A stretch of DNA of 30,822 nucleotides from an uncultured Acidobacteriota bacterium (GCA_947259165.1 CAMYKY010000062.1:1-30822); one strand, 5' to 3'. Positions 16,578 to 25,082 are shown, numbered from the stretch's first letter. Made by a program: numbers and translations. Notes: a model not told the origin generated them from the letters alone.

Positions 16578-16695
16578 CGTGCCCCCGCCCGTGCCCGTGA
16601 GCGTGCCCGAAACCCTAAAAGAACGCATGAGTCCGTCGCGAAAATCGGGCACGGGCACGCACGCGGGCACGGGCACGACGGGTGTGCGGGCACCG
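16578..16695. repeat. GGGCAC-repeat palindromic element, copy A (arms ~32 bp, conserved 36-nt loop)
   Basis: Left arm is CGTGCCCCCGCCCGTGCCCGTGAGCGTGCCCG (16578-16609). The loop is AAACCCTAAAAGAACGCATGAGTCCGTCGCGAAAAT. Right arm is CGGGCACGGGCACGCACGCGGGCACGGGCACG (16646-16677), with an extra GCGGGCAC to 16695. It lies in the divergent promoter region between the ECF sigma and the VOC gene. Copy B is at 25465-25559. Confidence 0.7.
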
Positions 16696-16808
16696 ACTTC
16701 GTCGGCGCCCGAACGTTGCCACACTCCTGACAGGACGGTGTCAGGAGTGGGGGCGTAGTCTTCGGGTGGCTCGGACAGGCCGGGCTGAAAAATCCTAGGA
16801 GACGCTAA

Positions 16809-17213
16809 ATGAATCCAAAGAAGCTCTTACCGATGTTTGTGACCGATAAGCTTGCCGAGACGAAAGCGTTTTATACAGAGAAGGCGGGCTTCACGATCAC
16901 GCATGATCTGGACGGCTATCTATCGGTTCACTATGGGGACGAAGACGGCCCCGAGCTCGCGTTCGCGGCATCAGAGACCGAAGTGATGGGGAAGTTGCCG
17001 CTTTTCCGCGGCGAGGGGATCATCGTGAGCATTCCGACACCGAACGCGGATCGCAAGGCGACGGAGATGGCGAGTCACGGTGTGACGCTCATTGGGGAGC
17101 CAGAGACCCGGCCGTGGGGTTGGCGGAGCTTCATGACCGCCGATCCGAACGGTGTGATCCTGGACTTCTTTCACGTACCGGCTGAGAATGCCGGTGCTGA
17201 TGCGACGGGCTGA
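16809..17213 (+). CDS. VOC/glyoxalase-bleomycin-resistance family protein
   Basis: 134 aa with AGGAG 8 nt upstream of the ATG and a typical paired beta-alpha-beta-beta-beta VOC length and composition. Family assignment is by resemblance only. Confidence 0.6.
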   Translation: MNPKKLLPMFVTDKLAETKAFYTEKAGFTITHDLDGYLSVHYGDEDGPELAFAASETEVMGKLPLFRGEGIIVSIPTPNADRKATEMASHGVTLIGEPETRPWGWRSFMTADPNGVILDFFHVPAENAGADATG

Positions 17214-17886
17214 TCGTCTTTTTCAAATCGTCCAGCTGCTGCGCCGCCGGCGGCTCACGACGGCGGCGCAGATTGCCGAGCGCCTCGAAGTTTCGGAGCG
17301 TACCGTCTACCGCGATATCCGCGACCTCGCTTTGTCCGGCGTTCCCGTGCAGGGGGAGGCGGGAGTCGGCTATCGACTTGGCAAGGACTTCGATCTGCCG
17401 CCAATGATGTTCAGCGTCGACGAGATTCAGGCACTCGTGCTCGGCGCGCGCATGGTCGAGAGCTGGGGGGATGAAGAGCTCAGAAGCGCAGCGCGCGCGG
17501 TGTTGACAAAGGTCGAGGCGGTCTTGCCGCCGTCGAAGCGGCATCGGGTGCAGGACACCGCACTCTTTTCGTTGTCGTTTCGAATCTCGCCTGAGGTCCG
17601 GGCGAGTGTCGGCACGTTGCGAAAGGCGATCGACGATCGCGTGAGAGTCCAACTGGATTACGCCGACGCGACCGGCCGACCGAGTGGTCGTACGGTGTGC
17701 CCCTTGGGTCTTTACTTCTGGGGTGCTGTGTGGACGCTAGGGGCATGGTGTGAGCTCCGTCAAGACTTCCGCAACTTTCGCTTGGATCGTATCGCTGAAG
17801 CCGTGTCCCTGGACGAGACTTTCGCCTACGAGTCGCCCCGAACCCTCGAAGATTTCATCCAATCAATGACTCGTGACGACCACTAA
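17200..17886 (+). CDS. YafY-family transcriptional regulator (N-terminal HTH + WYL domain)
   Basis: MRRADRLFQIVQLLRRRRLTTAAQIAERLEVSERTVYRDIRDL is the hallmark HTH of YafY/WYL regulators. A central WYL-type region follows. It overlaps the VOC gene by 14 bp. Confidence 0.75.
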   Translation: MRRADRLFQIVQLLRRRRLTTAAQIAERLEVSERTVYRDIRDLALSGVPVQGEAGVGYRLGKDFDLPPMMFSVDEIQALVLGARMVESWGDEELRSAARAVLTKVEAVLPPSKRHRVQDTALFSLSFRISPEVRASVGTLRKAIDDRVRVQLDYADATGRPSGRTVCPLGLYFWGAVWTLGAWCELRQDFRNFRLDRIAEAVSLDETFAYESPRTLEDFIQSMTRDDH

Positions 17887-17943
17887 CAGAGCAAAATCTT
17901 TTTGTGTGGGTAAATCCCAACGCACTCGTGTGGTGCGGAGCCG

Positions 17944-18987
17944 GTGCTCGAGATCACGGATTCCGTCGTCGGCCTCGCGTACGCTTTTCATGTCGTCCCC
18001 GACATGATGCGCAACGAAAAAGAAGGTACTGCCAGCCGCTCAGCGTTTCCCCTGAGCGCGCAGCAAACGAACCTTGCGCGCTGCGTGCTTCGGGAAGAGC
18101 CGGACTATCTCAACCACGCGCACCAGATAAACCCGAACACGGGTGTCAAAACCGTGATGCGTCTCGAGTCCGAGGAAGTTCAGCGGTTTCGCGCGGTGTG
18201 GGAGAGGCGGCCCGTTGGCTGCATTCGCTCAATGAATCGTGCGATCGCGCGGGTGAGGGCGCCTGAGCGGTCGGTGCGCTATCTTCTTGCGGCCTTCGAC
18301 TTGGAGGTTTTGATGGACCGCTCCAGCTCACCCGCTGCGAGCGATGACCTCGTTGGCATACCAGGCTATTTGAAGGACGGCTACACGGACCTTGGATTCT
18401 TTCCCTCTCCGAATCGACGGGAGAAGATCCTCGTCGACAAGGAGCGATTGAGCCGTCAGCTCGTTTCCTGCAAACGCCAGGCGATCGAGGGTCTCCACGA
18501 TGGGAAGGCTCCGGTAGAAGTTCTTCGAGCGCATCTTCAAGAGGTCGGTCGCGCGCTGCGTGAAAGTGTCGGCTACAAAGAAGGGGAGGTTGGCCCCCGC
18601 CGCTCCGACGAGACCGTATTGTTGTCGGATTGCGTCGAGCGGCGGTCGGTTGCGTGCCGGCATTTGGCGATGTTGATGCAGCTCCGGCTTCAGGAATGCG
18701 GTATTCCTTCGCGGCTGGCGAAGGGGGTCTTACGTCTGTACGGGTTGAAGGGGCGTCACGCGTGGAACCTCGTGCGTCACGCTGGATCCGTCGCGCTGGT
18801 GGATGTAACCTTTGGCGAAGACGACGGGCCGATGGTCATGGTGGGGGCGACCCTCGAAGAGGTCTACGCGCGCGCGAAGGATTTGAATCGTGTCTACTGC
18901 CCGAGCCCGGACACCGAGAACCACTATCAGATACGTTCAAGCAATCCGTCTCGTCGGGGCCAAAGCGAGCAACACCCGGCCTCCTAG
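17944..18987 (+). CDS. transglutaminase-like (papain-fold) cysteine protease superfamily protein
   Basis: GTG start with GGAG 5 nt upstream. The segment VACRHLAMLMQLRLQECGIPSRLAKGVLR..GRHAWNLVR..VALVDVT matches the transglutaminase-core Cys ... GIP.R ... HAW ... D pattern. Confidence 0.45.
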   Translation: MLEITDSVVGLAYAFHVVPDMMRNEKEGTASRSAFPLSAQQTNLARCVLREEPDYLNHAHQINPNTGVKTVMRLESEEVQRFRAVWERRPVGCIRSMNRAIARVRAPERSVRYLLAAFDLEVLMDRSSSPAASDDLVGIPGYLKDGYTDLGFFPSPNRREKILVDKERLSRQLVSCKRQAIEGLHDGKAPVEVLRAHLQEVGRALRESVGYKEGEVGPRRSDETVLLSDCVERRSVACRHLAMLMQLRLQECGIPSRLAKGVLRLYGLKGRHAWNLVRHAGSVALVDVTFGEDDGPMVMVGATLEEVYARAKDLNRVYCPSPDTENHYQIRSSNPSRRGQSEQHPAS

Positions 18988-19422
18988 GGTTCGTGCATAC
19001 CCATAGCACCGGTTCACGGGGTGTTTTCGCCCTAACGATGGGATCAAGGGCTTACGCCGCGGTACCAGGTGTTGCAGTTCGCGGCGAAGACGCCGATCGT
19101 CCTCGTGAATGATCAATCCGCGCTCGAGCGCGATAATGGCCTCGCGCCGCCGGCCGTGTGCGGCCAGTGCCCGGCCGAGATTCAAATACAAGACCCCGCT
19201 ACGCCGACCGTTCTTTTCGACAGCCTCCTCGCACAAACTGATGCTTTCTTCGTTGCGGCCGTGGGTAAACGCCAAAAGTAGCCCATAATACGAAATGTGA
19301 GCGGGATCCCGACTGCCGTCTTGTACGAGATGACCCAGCGACTTGGTGGCCATCGCGAGGCGCCCAGCACGATAGTCCTGAAGCGCCTGCTCGAAAATCC
19401 GTTCCCGTCGTTCAGCATCCAT
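18937..19422 (-). CDS. hypothetical TPR-like protein
   Basis: 161 aa with GGGAG 8 nt upstream of the ATG and helical-repeat-like segments (YYGLLLAF.., LYLNLGRALAAHGRRREAIIALERGL). Its 3' end overlaps the convergent transglutaminase-like gene by ~50 bp, so the boundaries are uncertain. Confidence 0.3.
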   Translation of the reverse strand: MDAERRERIFEQALQDYRAGRLAMATKSLGHLVQDGSRDPAHISYYGLLLAFTHGRNEESISLCEEAVEKNGRRSGVLYLNLGRALAAHGRRREAIIALERGLIIHEDDRRLRRELQHLVPRRKPLIPSLGRKHPVNRCYGYARTLGGRVLLALAPTRRIA

Positions 19423-19606
19423 GGCACGTCTCCCACGGCGGTATTCAGTTTTTTGGATACGTAAGACTAAAACGACTCGTGCCTTGAATCAAGTGCGGGA
19501 GGTCCTTGACACGGATGAGATGAGTGCGGTACTCGTAGGGTCCCCAAGGTCGAATGTGTCCGTCGGGCACGTGGCATGAATTCATTTTTTCCAACATTGC
19601 GAGGAC

Positions 19607-19816
19607 ATGATGGACCGCAACTCCTTTATCGAAGCGCTCGAGGGTTGCATCGGAAGCGCGACAGGGCGTCATTACCCGAACATCGAGTGGGCGAAGATGA
19701 CGGACCGGGGACTCATTGAATGTGCGGAGCTGGTGCGCGATTTGCTGGAAAAGCGATTGCACGCCCTCGACAAGATGCTCACCGCTCCCGAGCCCCGTGA
19801 CGGGAAGATCCATTGA
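19607..19816 (+). CDS. small hypothetical protein (69 aa) translationally coupled to PilZ gene
   Basis: GAGGA 4 nt upstream of the ATGATG start. Its stop overlaps the TTG start of the PilZ ORF (TTGA). Confidence 0.35.
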   Translation: MMDRNSFIEALEGCIGSATGRHYPNIEWAKMTDRGLIECAELVRDLLEKRLHALDKMLTAPEPRDGKIH

Positions 19817-20172
19817 TTGATAGGCGTTTTCCGCGCGTCCCGGTCAAAGTGCCCATGTTCATCACCGTTGGAGGTGGGCGACTTTACGAGAAAGCGGTCG
19901 AGATAGAGTGCCGCGACATCTCCGGCGGCGGGCTGTCGTTCGAGACCCTGCGAGAAATTCCTCTCGACGCCAAGTCGAAGATCGTCATGGGACGTCTGGG
20001 AAACCTGCCCCCGTCCGCGATCATCGAAGGGCGCGTCGTTTACCGACACAAGCAGGATGGCGCCGATCTCTTCACTGTGGGCGTCGAATTCCTCGACTTC
20101 GTCAATACGAGTCGCGAAGAGCTTCTCGAGCGCATCCAGTCGTGGCAGGATGACGCGGCGACCCTGAGGTAA
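19813..20172 (+). CDS. PilZ-domain (c-di-GMP-binding) protein
   Basis: RRFPRV (RxxxR) and DISGGGLSF (DxSxGG) PilZ motifs. 119 aa from a TTG start. Confidence 0.7.
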   Translation: MIDRRFPRVPVKVPMFITVGGGRLYEKAVEIECRDISGGGLSFETLREIPLDAKSKIVMGRLGNLPPSAIIEGRVVYRHKQDGADLFTVGVEFLDFVNTSREELLERIQSWQDDAATLR

Positions 20173-20338
20173 CCACGGAAACACGGAGAACACGGAGGTC
20201 TGACGGAGACGCACCGTAAGGGTTCTCTGTGTCGCGTATGGATACCGATGACTCCGTTGCTACCTCCGACGCTCCTGGTAACGCGGCCGATCGTGCATCG
20301 GGATTCCACGGCGTCCGGTGCGGTATCATGCACCCACC

Positions 20339-21571
20339 ATGAAGAAGTTTTTCCTCTCTGGGGTGGCGTTGGTGCTCGGGGTAGGTCTTTATTTCGGCGT
20401 TCGGGCGATCGACAGGATGGCCGTTTCCTACTTGACCGGGCCGCGTCGGGTTGTTGGTGAGGGGTCCTGGGGCGAGAAGATTCCGAGTGACGGGCCAGTC
20501 CCCGGAACTGCTTTTTTGGGGTTCATGGGACCCTCAGAAGATCCGCCCGGTCTGCGCATCATGCGACCGCGAGAAACAGGACAGGAGCTCGGTCTCCTAC
20601 GCGGCGATGTCGTAACGGAGGTCGACGGCGAGACATTTCGTTCGGGCCGTGAGCTCATGGAGCATCTGGTTCAAAACCATACAGCTGGGGATTCCGTTTC
20701 CATTACCGCGGTGACAGCCGGCGAGCCGCCGCGGACGATGTCGATGAAGCTACGTGCTCTGTTGCGGCATCCCGGAGACTTGGGCCTCGCTTACGAAGAC
20801 GTGGAGATGCAATCGGACAGTGGCAACGTTCTTCGTGGCTGGTTCGTTCCTCCGCCGGAGCGAAGCGACGGTCGGGTCGGCATCTTCGTGCACGGTGCGT
20901 ACTCCTCGAGGTATCAAGCGCTCGAAAACGGCGGGAAGTATTGGTACCCCCGTGGCTACGGTTTGTTGACGATGGACTTGAGTGGACACGGCTCGAGCGG
21001 AGGTGACTACGTTACGTATACCGTCAAGGAGCGCCAGGACGTGGCGGCTATGGTGCGGTGGGCCCGCACCCATCCGGCGATCGATCCTCGACGGGTGGTT
21101 GTGTTCGGCACCTCGAATGGCGCCGCGTCAGTCATCTATGCCGCCGCCGCGGATGGCGAGATTCCCGGGCTCGCTCTCGATGCGCCCTACGGGAACTTGT
21201 GGGATGCGGCGGGCTCGATGTTGAGCGCGCGTGGCGGGAGCGCGATCCTGCGCTACCCCTTATTCCTCGCAGTGTGGTGGCGTACGGGTATCGATCTCGG
21301 AGAGGTACGGCCGGCAGATGTCATCACCGATATCCAAGCCCCGGTACTCTTCATTCATGGGGACGCTGACCGGCGGGTTCCGCTGACTCATTCAGAAAGC
21401 ATGCACGCCGCTCGCGAACAAGCGGGTCTTCCCAGCGAGCTCTGGGTTTTGCCCGGTGGTGAGCACGGCTTTGACAACTACCCACCGGAAGGGATTTTCT
21501 GGAGTCGGGTTCTCGATTTCTTCGATCGAGCGCTCGGAGGTCCTCCGCCCGAGTGGGACCTGTCCTCCTGA
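20339..21571 (+). CDS. membrane-anchored/secreted PDZ-domain alpha/beta-hydrolase (serine peptidase/esterase-like)
   Basis: N-terminal hydrophobic signal/anchor MKKFFLSGVALVLGVGLYF and a PDZ-like segment GLLRGDVVTEVDGETF. The hydrolase triad elements are GTSNG (GxSxG), HGDADRRV and GGEHGF. An alternative start is at 20318. Confidence 0.7.
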   Translation: MKKFFLSGVALVLGVGLYFGVRAIDRMAVSYLTGPRRVVGEGSWGEKIPSDGPVPGTAFLGFMGPSEDPPGLRIMRPRETGQELGLLRGDVVTEVDGETFRSGRELMEHLVQNHTAGDSVSITAVTAGEPPRTMSMKLRALLRHPGDLGLAYEDVEMQSDSGNVLRGWFVPPPERSDGRVGIFVHGAYSSRYQALENGGKYWYPRGYGLLTMDLSGHGSSGGDYVTYTVKERQDVAAMVRWARTHPAIDPRRVVVFGTSNGAASVIYAAAADGEIPGLALDAPYGNLWDAAGSMLSARGGSAILRYPLFLAVWWRTGIDLGEVRPADVITDIQAPVLFIHGDADRRVPLTHSESMHAAREQAGLPSELWVLPGGEHGFDNYPPEGIFWSRVLDFFDRALGGPPPEWDLSS

Positions 21572-21579
21572 AGACGATC

Positions 21580-22302
21580 ATGGCTATCAAAGATCTCCTG
21601 ACTTCCGAGGGGCGCCTCAAATTTCGCATCCAACGCAAGACGAAAACGCTCCTGGAGCGTTACGCGCAACACGATGCGCGTATGGAGGCCGCGGACATAT
21701 TGCGTGAGATTGGAACGCCCGAGGCTATCTTCGGACTCGCGCGCCGGTTCTCGTCGACGTCCGAGAATCTTGGTACCGATCAAGAAGAAAAAAAGCGTAT
21801 CCAGGACGTACTCGTTGCGTTCGGCGACGATGCCGTCGAACCGTTGCAGCGCTACATCCGAAGCTACGACAAGGTGACTTGGGCTATCGATGCGTTGAAG
21901 ACGCTCCAACCGCGAGACGCGCTCATCCCGTTCCTGTTCGAGGTGTTGAGCGAGGGAGATCCTGTCCGGATACGAGGGGAAAAAGCTCACCAGATTCTCA
22001 AAGCGCTCGAGAATCTCGACGACCCCAACGTCGTCGATGGGGTCATGCCTTGTCTGTCGAGCTCTGATGACACGGTGCGTATCGCCGCCATCGAATGCCT
22101 CGAGGTGTACGGAGACGAGCGTGCTCGGGAACCGTTGCTCGAAACGCTCGTGAACCCCGACGAGGACTCGATGCGGGTGAAGATGAAAATTGGTGAAGCG
22201 CTCGAAAAGCTCGAGTGGGACGTCAAGGGCTACCGCAAACGAGTCGAAAGCGCTCTTCCCGAGCAGTTCCGGGTGACGTCTAAAGGTCGGATTACGCACT
22301 AG
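21580..22302 (+). CDS. HEAT/PBS-lyase-type repeat protein
   Basis: Repeated DP.VR..A..AL..LGD..A...L helical units, e.g. DPNVVDGVMPCLSSSDDTVRIAAIECLEVYGDERAREPLLETL. The start is taken at MAIKDL. The track ORF starts 27 nt earlier, inside the upstream gene. Confidence 0.55.
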   Translation: MAIKDLLTSEGRLKFRIQRKTKTLLERYAQHDARMEAADILREIGTPEAIFGLARRFSSTSENLGTDQEEKKRIQDVLVAFGDDAVEPLQRYIRSYDKVTWAIDALKTLQPRDALIPFLFEVLSEGDPVRIRGEKAHQILKALENLDDPNVVDGVMPCLSSSDDTVRIAAIECLEVYGDERAREPLLETLVNPDEDSMRVKMKIGEALEKLEWDVKGYRKRVESALPEQFRVTSKGRITH

Positions 22303-22497
22303 TGCTCGGACCCGCTGATCCTGTCGTAAATTCCGGGTCCTTTTCGGCGCTGCCGGCGTTGCGAGCATCGTTGCAGTTCGGCCTACGGCCTATCCCTCCG
22401 CTCGACAAGCTCGCTGCGGAAGGCGGCAAATATCTCTTGGCAGCGCCAAAAATGACCTCGCAATTTACCGACAGGATCAGCGGGTCCAAGCACTAGC
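22297..22497. repeat. ~200-bp unit bounded by 28-bp terminal inverted repeats (ACTAGTGCTCGGACCCGCTGATCCTGTCG ... CGACAGGATCAGCGGGTCCAAGCACTAG)
   Basis: The left TIR (22297-22325) and right TIR (22469-22497) are reverse complements with one mismatch. The unit starts at the HEAT gene stop codon. It is either a MITE-like element or a long structured RNA. Confidence 0.5.
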
Positions 22498-22518
22498 GCC
22501 GCTGTGCCACTAAGAAAG

Positions 22519-22660
22519 TTAACGCAAAGGCGCCAAGGTGCAGAGACGCAAAAAAAGAGCCGTCGTCGGCGCACAATGCAACCACGCACCGCCGAGATCG
22601 AGATCCCAACGCCCCCGTTTGTGCTGGATGGACGTCCGCCCCTTTGCGTTTTATGTTCTT
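22519..22660. repeat. second, more degenerate copy of the CGCAAAG-heptad palindromic element
   Basis: TTAACGCAAAGGCGCCAAGGTGCAGAGACGCAAAAAAAG (22519-22556) is ~85% identical to the left arm at 3331-3365. A remnant right arm CCCCTTTGCGTTTTATG lies at 22637-22655. It is upstream of the SSF transporter gene. Confidence 0.5.
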
Positions 22661-22689
22661 AGCACTCCATTTGCGGACTTCGTATTAGC

Positions 22690-24102
22690 GTGAACATCCC
22701 CGTTTCGACGGTCCTCGTTCTTCTCCTCTACCTCGCAGCCGTCACCGCATTTGGCTCCTACCTGGGTCGTCGGCGCAAATCCGTCGACGACTACTTTCTC
22801 GCCGAGCGCAGCGTTCCGTGGTGGGCGATCGCCGCGTGCGTCGTCGCCACCGAAACGAGTGTCCTGACCTTTACGAGTGTTCCCGGCTTTGCATTCACCG
22901 GGGATTGGTCGTTTCTTCAACTCGCGATCGGCTACGTGATCGGTCGCATTCTCATCGCAGCCCTTCTGATCCCGGCGTTTTTCAAGGGCCACGTCTTCAC
23001 GTCCTACGAGCTACTCAAGAATCGCTTTGGACCGTCGGTGCGCAGTGTTGCCGCGGCAGTGTTTCTCGTCTCCCGAACGCTCGCCGACGGCGTCCGCCTC
23101 CACGCGGCGGCGCTGGTGGTGGCGATCGCGATCGGCGTGCCCGAGATTTATTGCATCCTCGTGCTCGCGGCGGTGATGATCGTCTACACCGAGGAGGGGG
23201 GTGTCAAAGCCACCATCTGGACGGACGTGGTTCAGATGTTCGTCTATGTCGCTGGCGCTTTCGTCGTGCTCGGAGCGGTCGTGCGTGTCATTCCCGATGG
23301 CTCGATTAGCGCTGCGATGGCGGCGGCAGCCGATGCCGACAAGCTGCGTGTTTTTGTGCCGACGCTCGATTTGAGTGTGACTTATAGCTTGGGCGCGGGC
23401 GTCATCGGGGGAATGTTTCTCACTATCGCGACCCATGGCACGGACCACTACCTCGTCCAGCGTCTCCTGGTGGCGCGAAGCGCTCGGGAGGCGAGTGCCG
23501 GTTTGGTGCTGTCTGGCTTTCTGGTGATGGCACAGTTCGTTTTGTTTTTGTTCATCGGAACGCTTCTGTGGAGTTACTACGGCGGGAGGGAATTCGCGCG
23601 CGGCGACGACATCTTGCCGACGTTCATTGCGGAACAGCTCCCGGGGCCACTGCTGGGGTTCATTCTCGCCGCCGTTGTGGCCGCGGCACTCTCACCGTCG
23701 CTGAATAGCCTCGCCTCGACTACGTTGAAGGACTTCTATATTCCGTACATCGATGCGAACGTCAGCGAACGACGCCAGATCCAGCTCGGCCGAGTCTTCA
23801 CCATTTTCTGGGGTGTGGCGCAGATGGGCGTCGCCATCTTCGCGCAGCGCGCCTCTTCCGCGCTCGAGGCGGGCCTCGCGGTGTTGTCGCTTGCGTCCGG
23901 ACCCACGGTCGGGGCGTTCCTGCTAGCGGTTATCAGTCGGCGAGCGAGCTCACTCGGAGTGCTCGTCGGTATGTTCGCAGGGCTGTTGGCGCCCTTTCTC
24001 GCGAACCAAGTGACGCCCGTGGCCTGGACTTGGAACGTTTTCATCGGGAGCATGACGACGTTTACCGTCGGATGTCTCGTGAGTCGCTACGGCTCGAAGT
24101 AA
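22690..24102 (+). CDS. sodium:solute symporter family (SSF) transporter
   Basis: 470 aa from a GTG start, with ~12-13 hydrophobic helices. The N-terminal pattern LAERSVPWWAIAACVVATETSVLTFTSVPGFAF is characteristic of SSF (PutP/PanF-like) transporters. Confidence 0.75.
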   Translation: MNIPVSTVLVLLLYLAAVTAFGSYLGRRRKSVDDYFLAERSVPWWAIAACVVATETSVLTFTSVPGFAFTGDWSFLQLAIGYVIGRILIAALLIPAFFKGHVFTSYELLKNRFGPSVRSVAAAVFLVSRTLADGVRLHAAALVVAIAIGVPEIYCILVLAAVMIVYTEEGGVKATIWTDVVQMFVYVAGAFVVLGAVVRVIPDGSISAAMAAAADADKLRVFVPTLDLSVTYSLGAGVIGGMFLTIATHGTDHYLVQRLLVARSAREASAGLVLSGFLVMAQFVLFLFIGTLLWSYYGGREFARGDDILPTFIAEQLPGPLLGFILAAVVAAALSPSLNSLASTTLKDFYIPYIDANVSERRQIQLGRVFTIFWGVAQMGVAIFAQRASSALEAGLAVLSLASGPTVGAFLLAVISRRASSLGVLVGMFAGLLAPFLANQVTPVAWTWNVFIGSMTTFTVGCLVSRYGSK

Positions 24103-25082
24103 GGAAGGACCTCCTCGCCGAGCATCCTAATGGCGTCGTGTTCATGGACGCCGTGTGGAGTCCCGAGCTCGAAGACGTCGACGCCCGCGTCGAAGAGCCG
24201 TTCCATCTGTGCAATGACGTCGCGAGGTGTTCCGAAGACGCAGAATCGGCGCAGTGTTTCCGGGGAAATCGCAGCCGCTGCAGCGTCAGTGTCGCCGCGC
24301 GCGAGCGCTACCTCGATGCGTCCGAGCTCGTTCTCGGGCACGGTGTAGGTCGGATCGAGTCTACCGGCGACGGCGATGTACATTGCGACGTTGCGCCGGG
24401 CGACGACTTCGGCAATGCGCGGATCGCGATCGACCACGGTGACAGCTCCGTAAATCAAGTGGATGGACGCGGGGTCGCGCCCGGCGCGCTGTGCGCCCTG
24501 ATTGACGTAGCCGCGAAAGGTCGCTGCGCTATCGGGGTTCGCGCACCCGCCGATCTTGACCATGTCGGCGATCGCTCCGCCCAGCCCGAGGGTGCGGGGG
24601 CCCCAGCCACCGATAAGGACGGGTAGGCGGCGATTTGGGATCGGAAAACGAAGGTAGGCGTCGGCAGATGCGCTGAAGAGCTCTCCGGAGTAAGGAGTTC
24701 GATCGCCTTCAAGGAAACGTTGTACCAACTCGACCATTTCGCGGATCGCAACGAGAGGTTTTGGTTGAGCCACCGCAATCGCGTCGAAAAACGCGCCACG
24801 TCCGACCCCGAGATACGCGCGGCCGCGACTCAATTCGTCGAGCATCGCGAGGTGGCCTGCTACCAACACTGGGTGAGCGAGGTAGGGATTGACGACGGCA
24901 GGGCCGACGAGGGGAGCGGAAGTGAGCTCTGCGAAATGAAACAAGGCCGGCCAGGGAGGTTGAAAAAACAAATCCTGATAAACGCTTACAGCATTGAACT
25001 CGTAGAGATCGACGAGCGCCGCTAACTCGCGATACTCATCGACGGACTTGTCACTTTGGAAGGAAACCGCGAAGCGGGCCAT
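24087..25082 (-). CDS. LLM-class (luciferase-like) flavin-dependent oxidoreductase
   Basis: 331-aa TIM-barrel-like sequence with LLM family features (N-terminal MARFAVSFQ.., ...VLIGGWGPRTLGL.., ...CVFGTPRDVIAQMERL). The 3' end overlaps the convergent SSF gene by 16 bp. Confidence 0.65.
   Translation of the reverse strand: MARFAVSFQSDKSVDEYRELAALVDLYEFNAVSVYQDLFFQPPWPALFHFAELTSAPLVGPAVVNPYLAHPVLVAGHLAMLDELSRGRAYLGVGRGAFFDAIAVAQPKPLVAIREMVELVQRFLEGDRTPYSGELFSASADAYLRFPIPNRRLPVLIGGWGPRTLGLGGAIADMVKIGGCANPDSAATFRGYVNQGAQRAGRDPASIHLIYGAVTVVDRDPRIAEVVARRNVAMYIAVAGRLDPTYTVPENELGRIEVALARGDTDAAAAAISPETLRRFCVFGTPRDVIAQMERLFDAGVDVFELGTPHGVHEHDAIRMLGEEVLPYFEP

Noticed and set aside
16503-16758. 73-aa and 82-aa ORFs (16503-16724 minus, 16510-16758 plus) covering the GGGCAC palindromic element
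   Set aside because: The 'proteins' are just translations of the repeats (PVPVSVP, GTGTHAGTGTTG). The DNA-level palindrome is duplicated at 25465-25559 in non-coding context.
19445-19813. 122-aa minus-strand ORF (and 19672-20214, 180 aa) overlapping the small-ORF/PilZ pair
   Set aside because: The plus-strand alternative has a strong RBS, translational coupling and, in PilZ, diagnostic motifs. The minus ORFs lack RBS and motifs.
21478-22368. 296-aa minus-strand ORF antisense to the HEAT-repeat gene
   Set aside because: Its translation is featureless. The plus strand shows regular HEAT/PBS-lyase repeats.
24087-24102. 16-bp convergent overlap between the SSF transporter and LLM oxidoreductase genes, considered as an annotation error
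   Set aside because: Both ORFs are independently well supported up to their stops. Short convergent overlaps occur, so it is kept as is, though either C-terminus could be mis-extended by a few codons.
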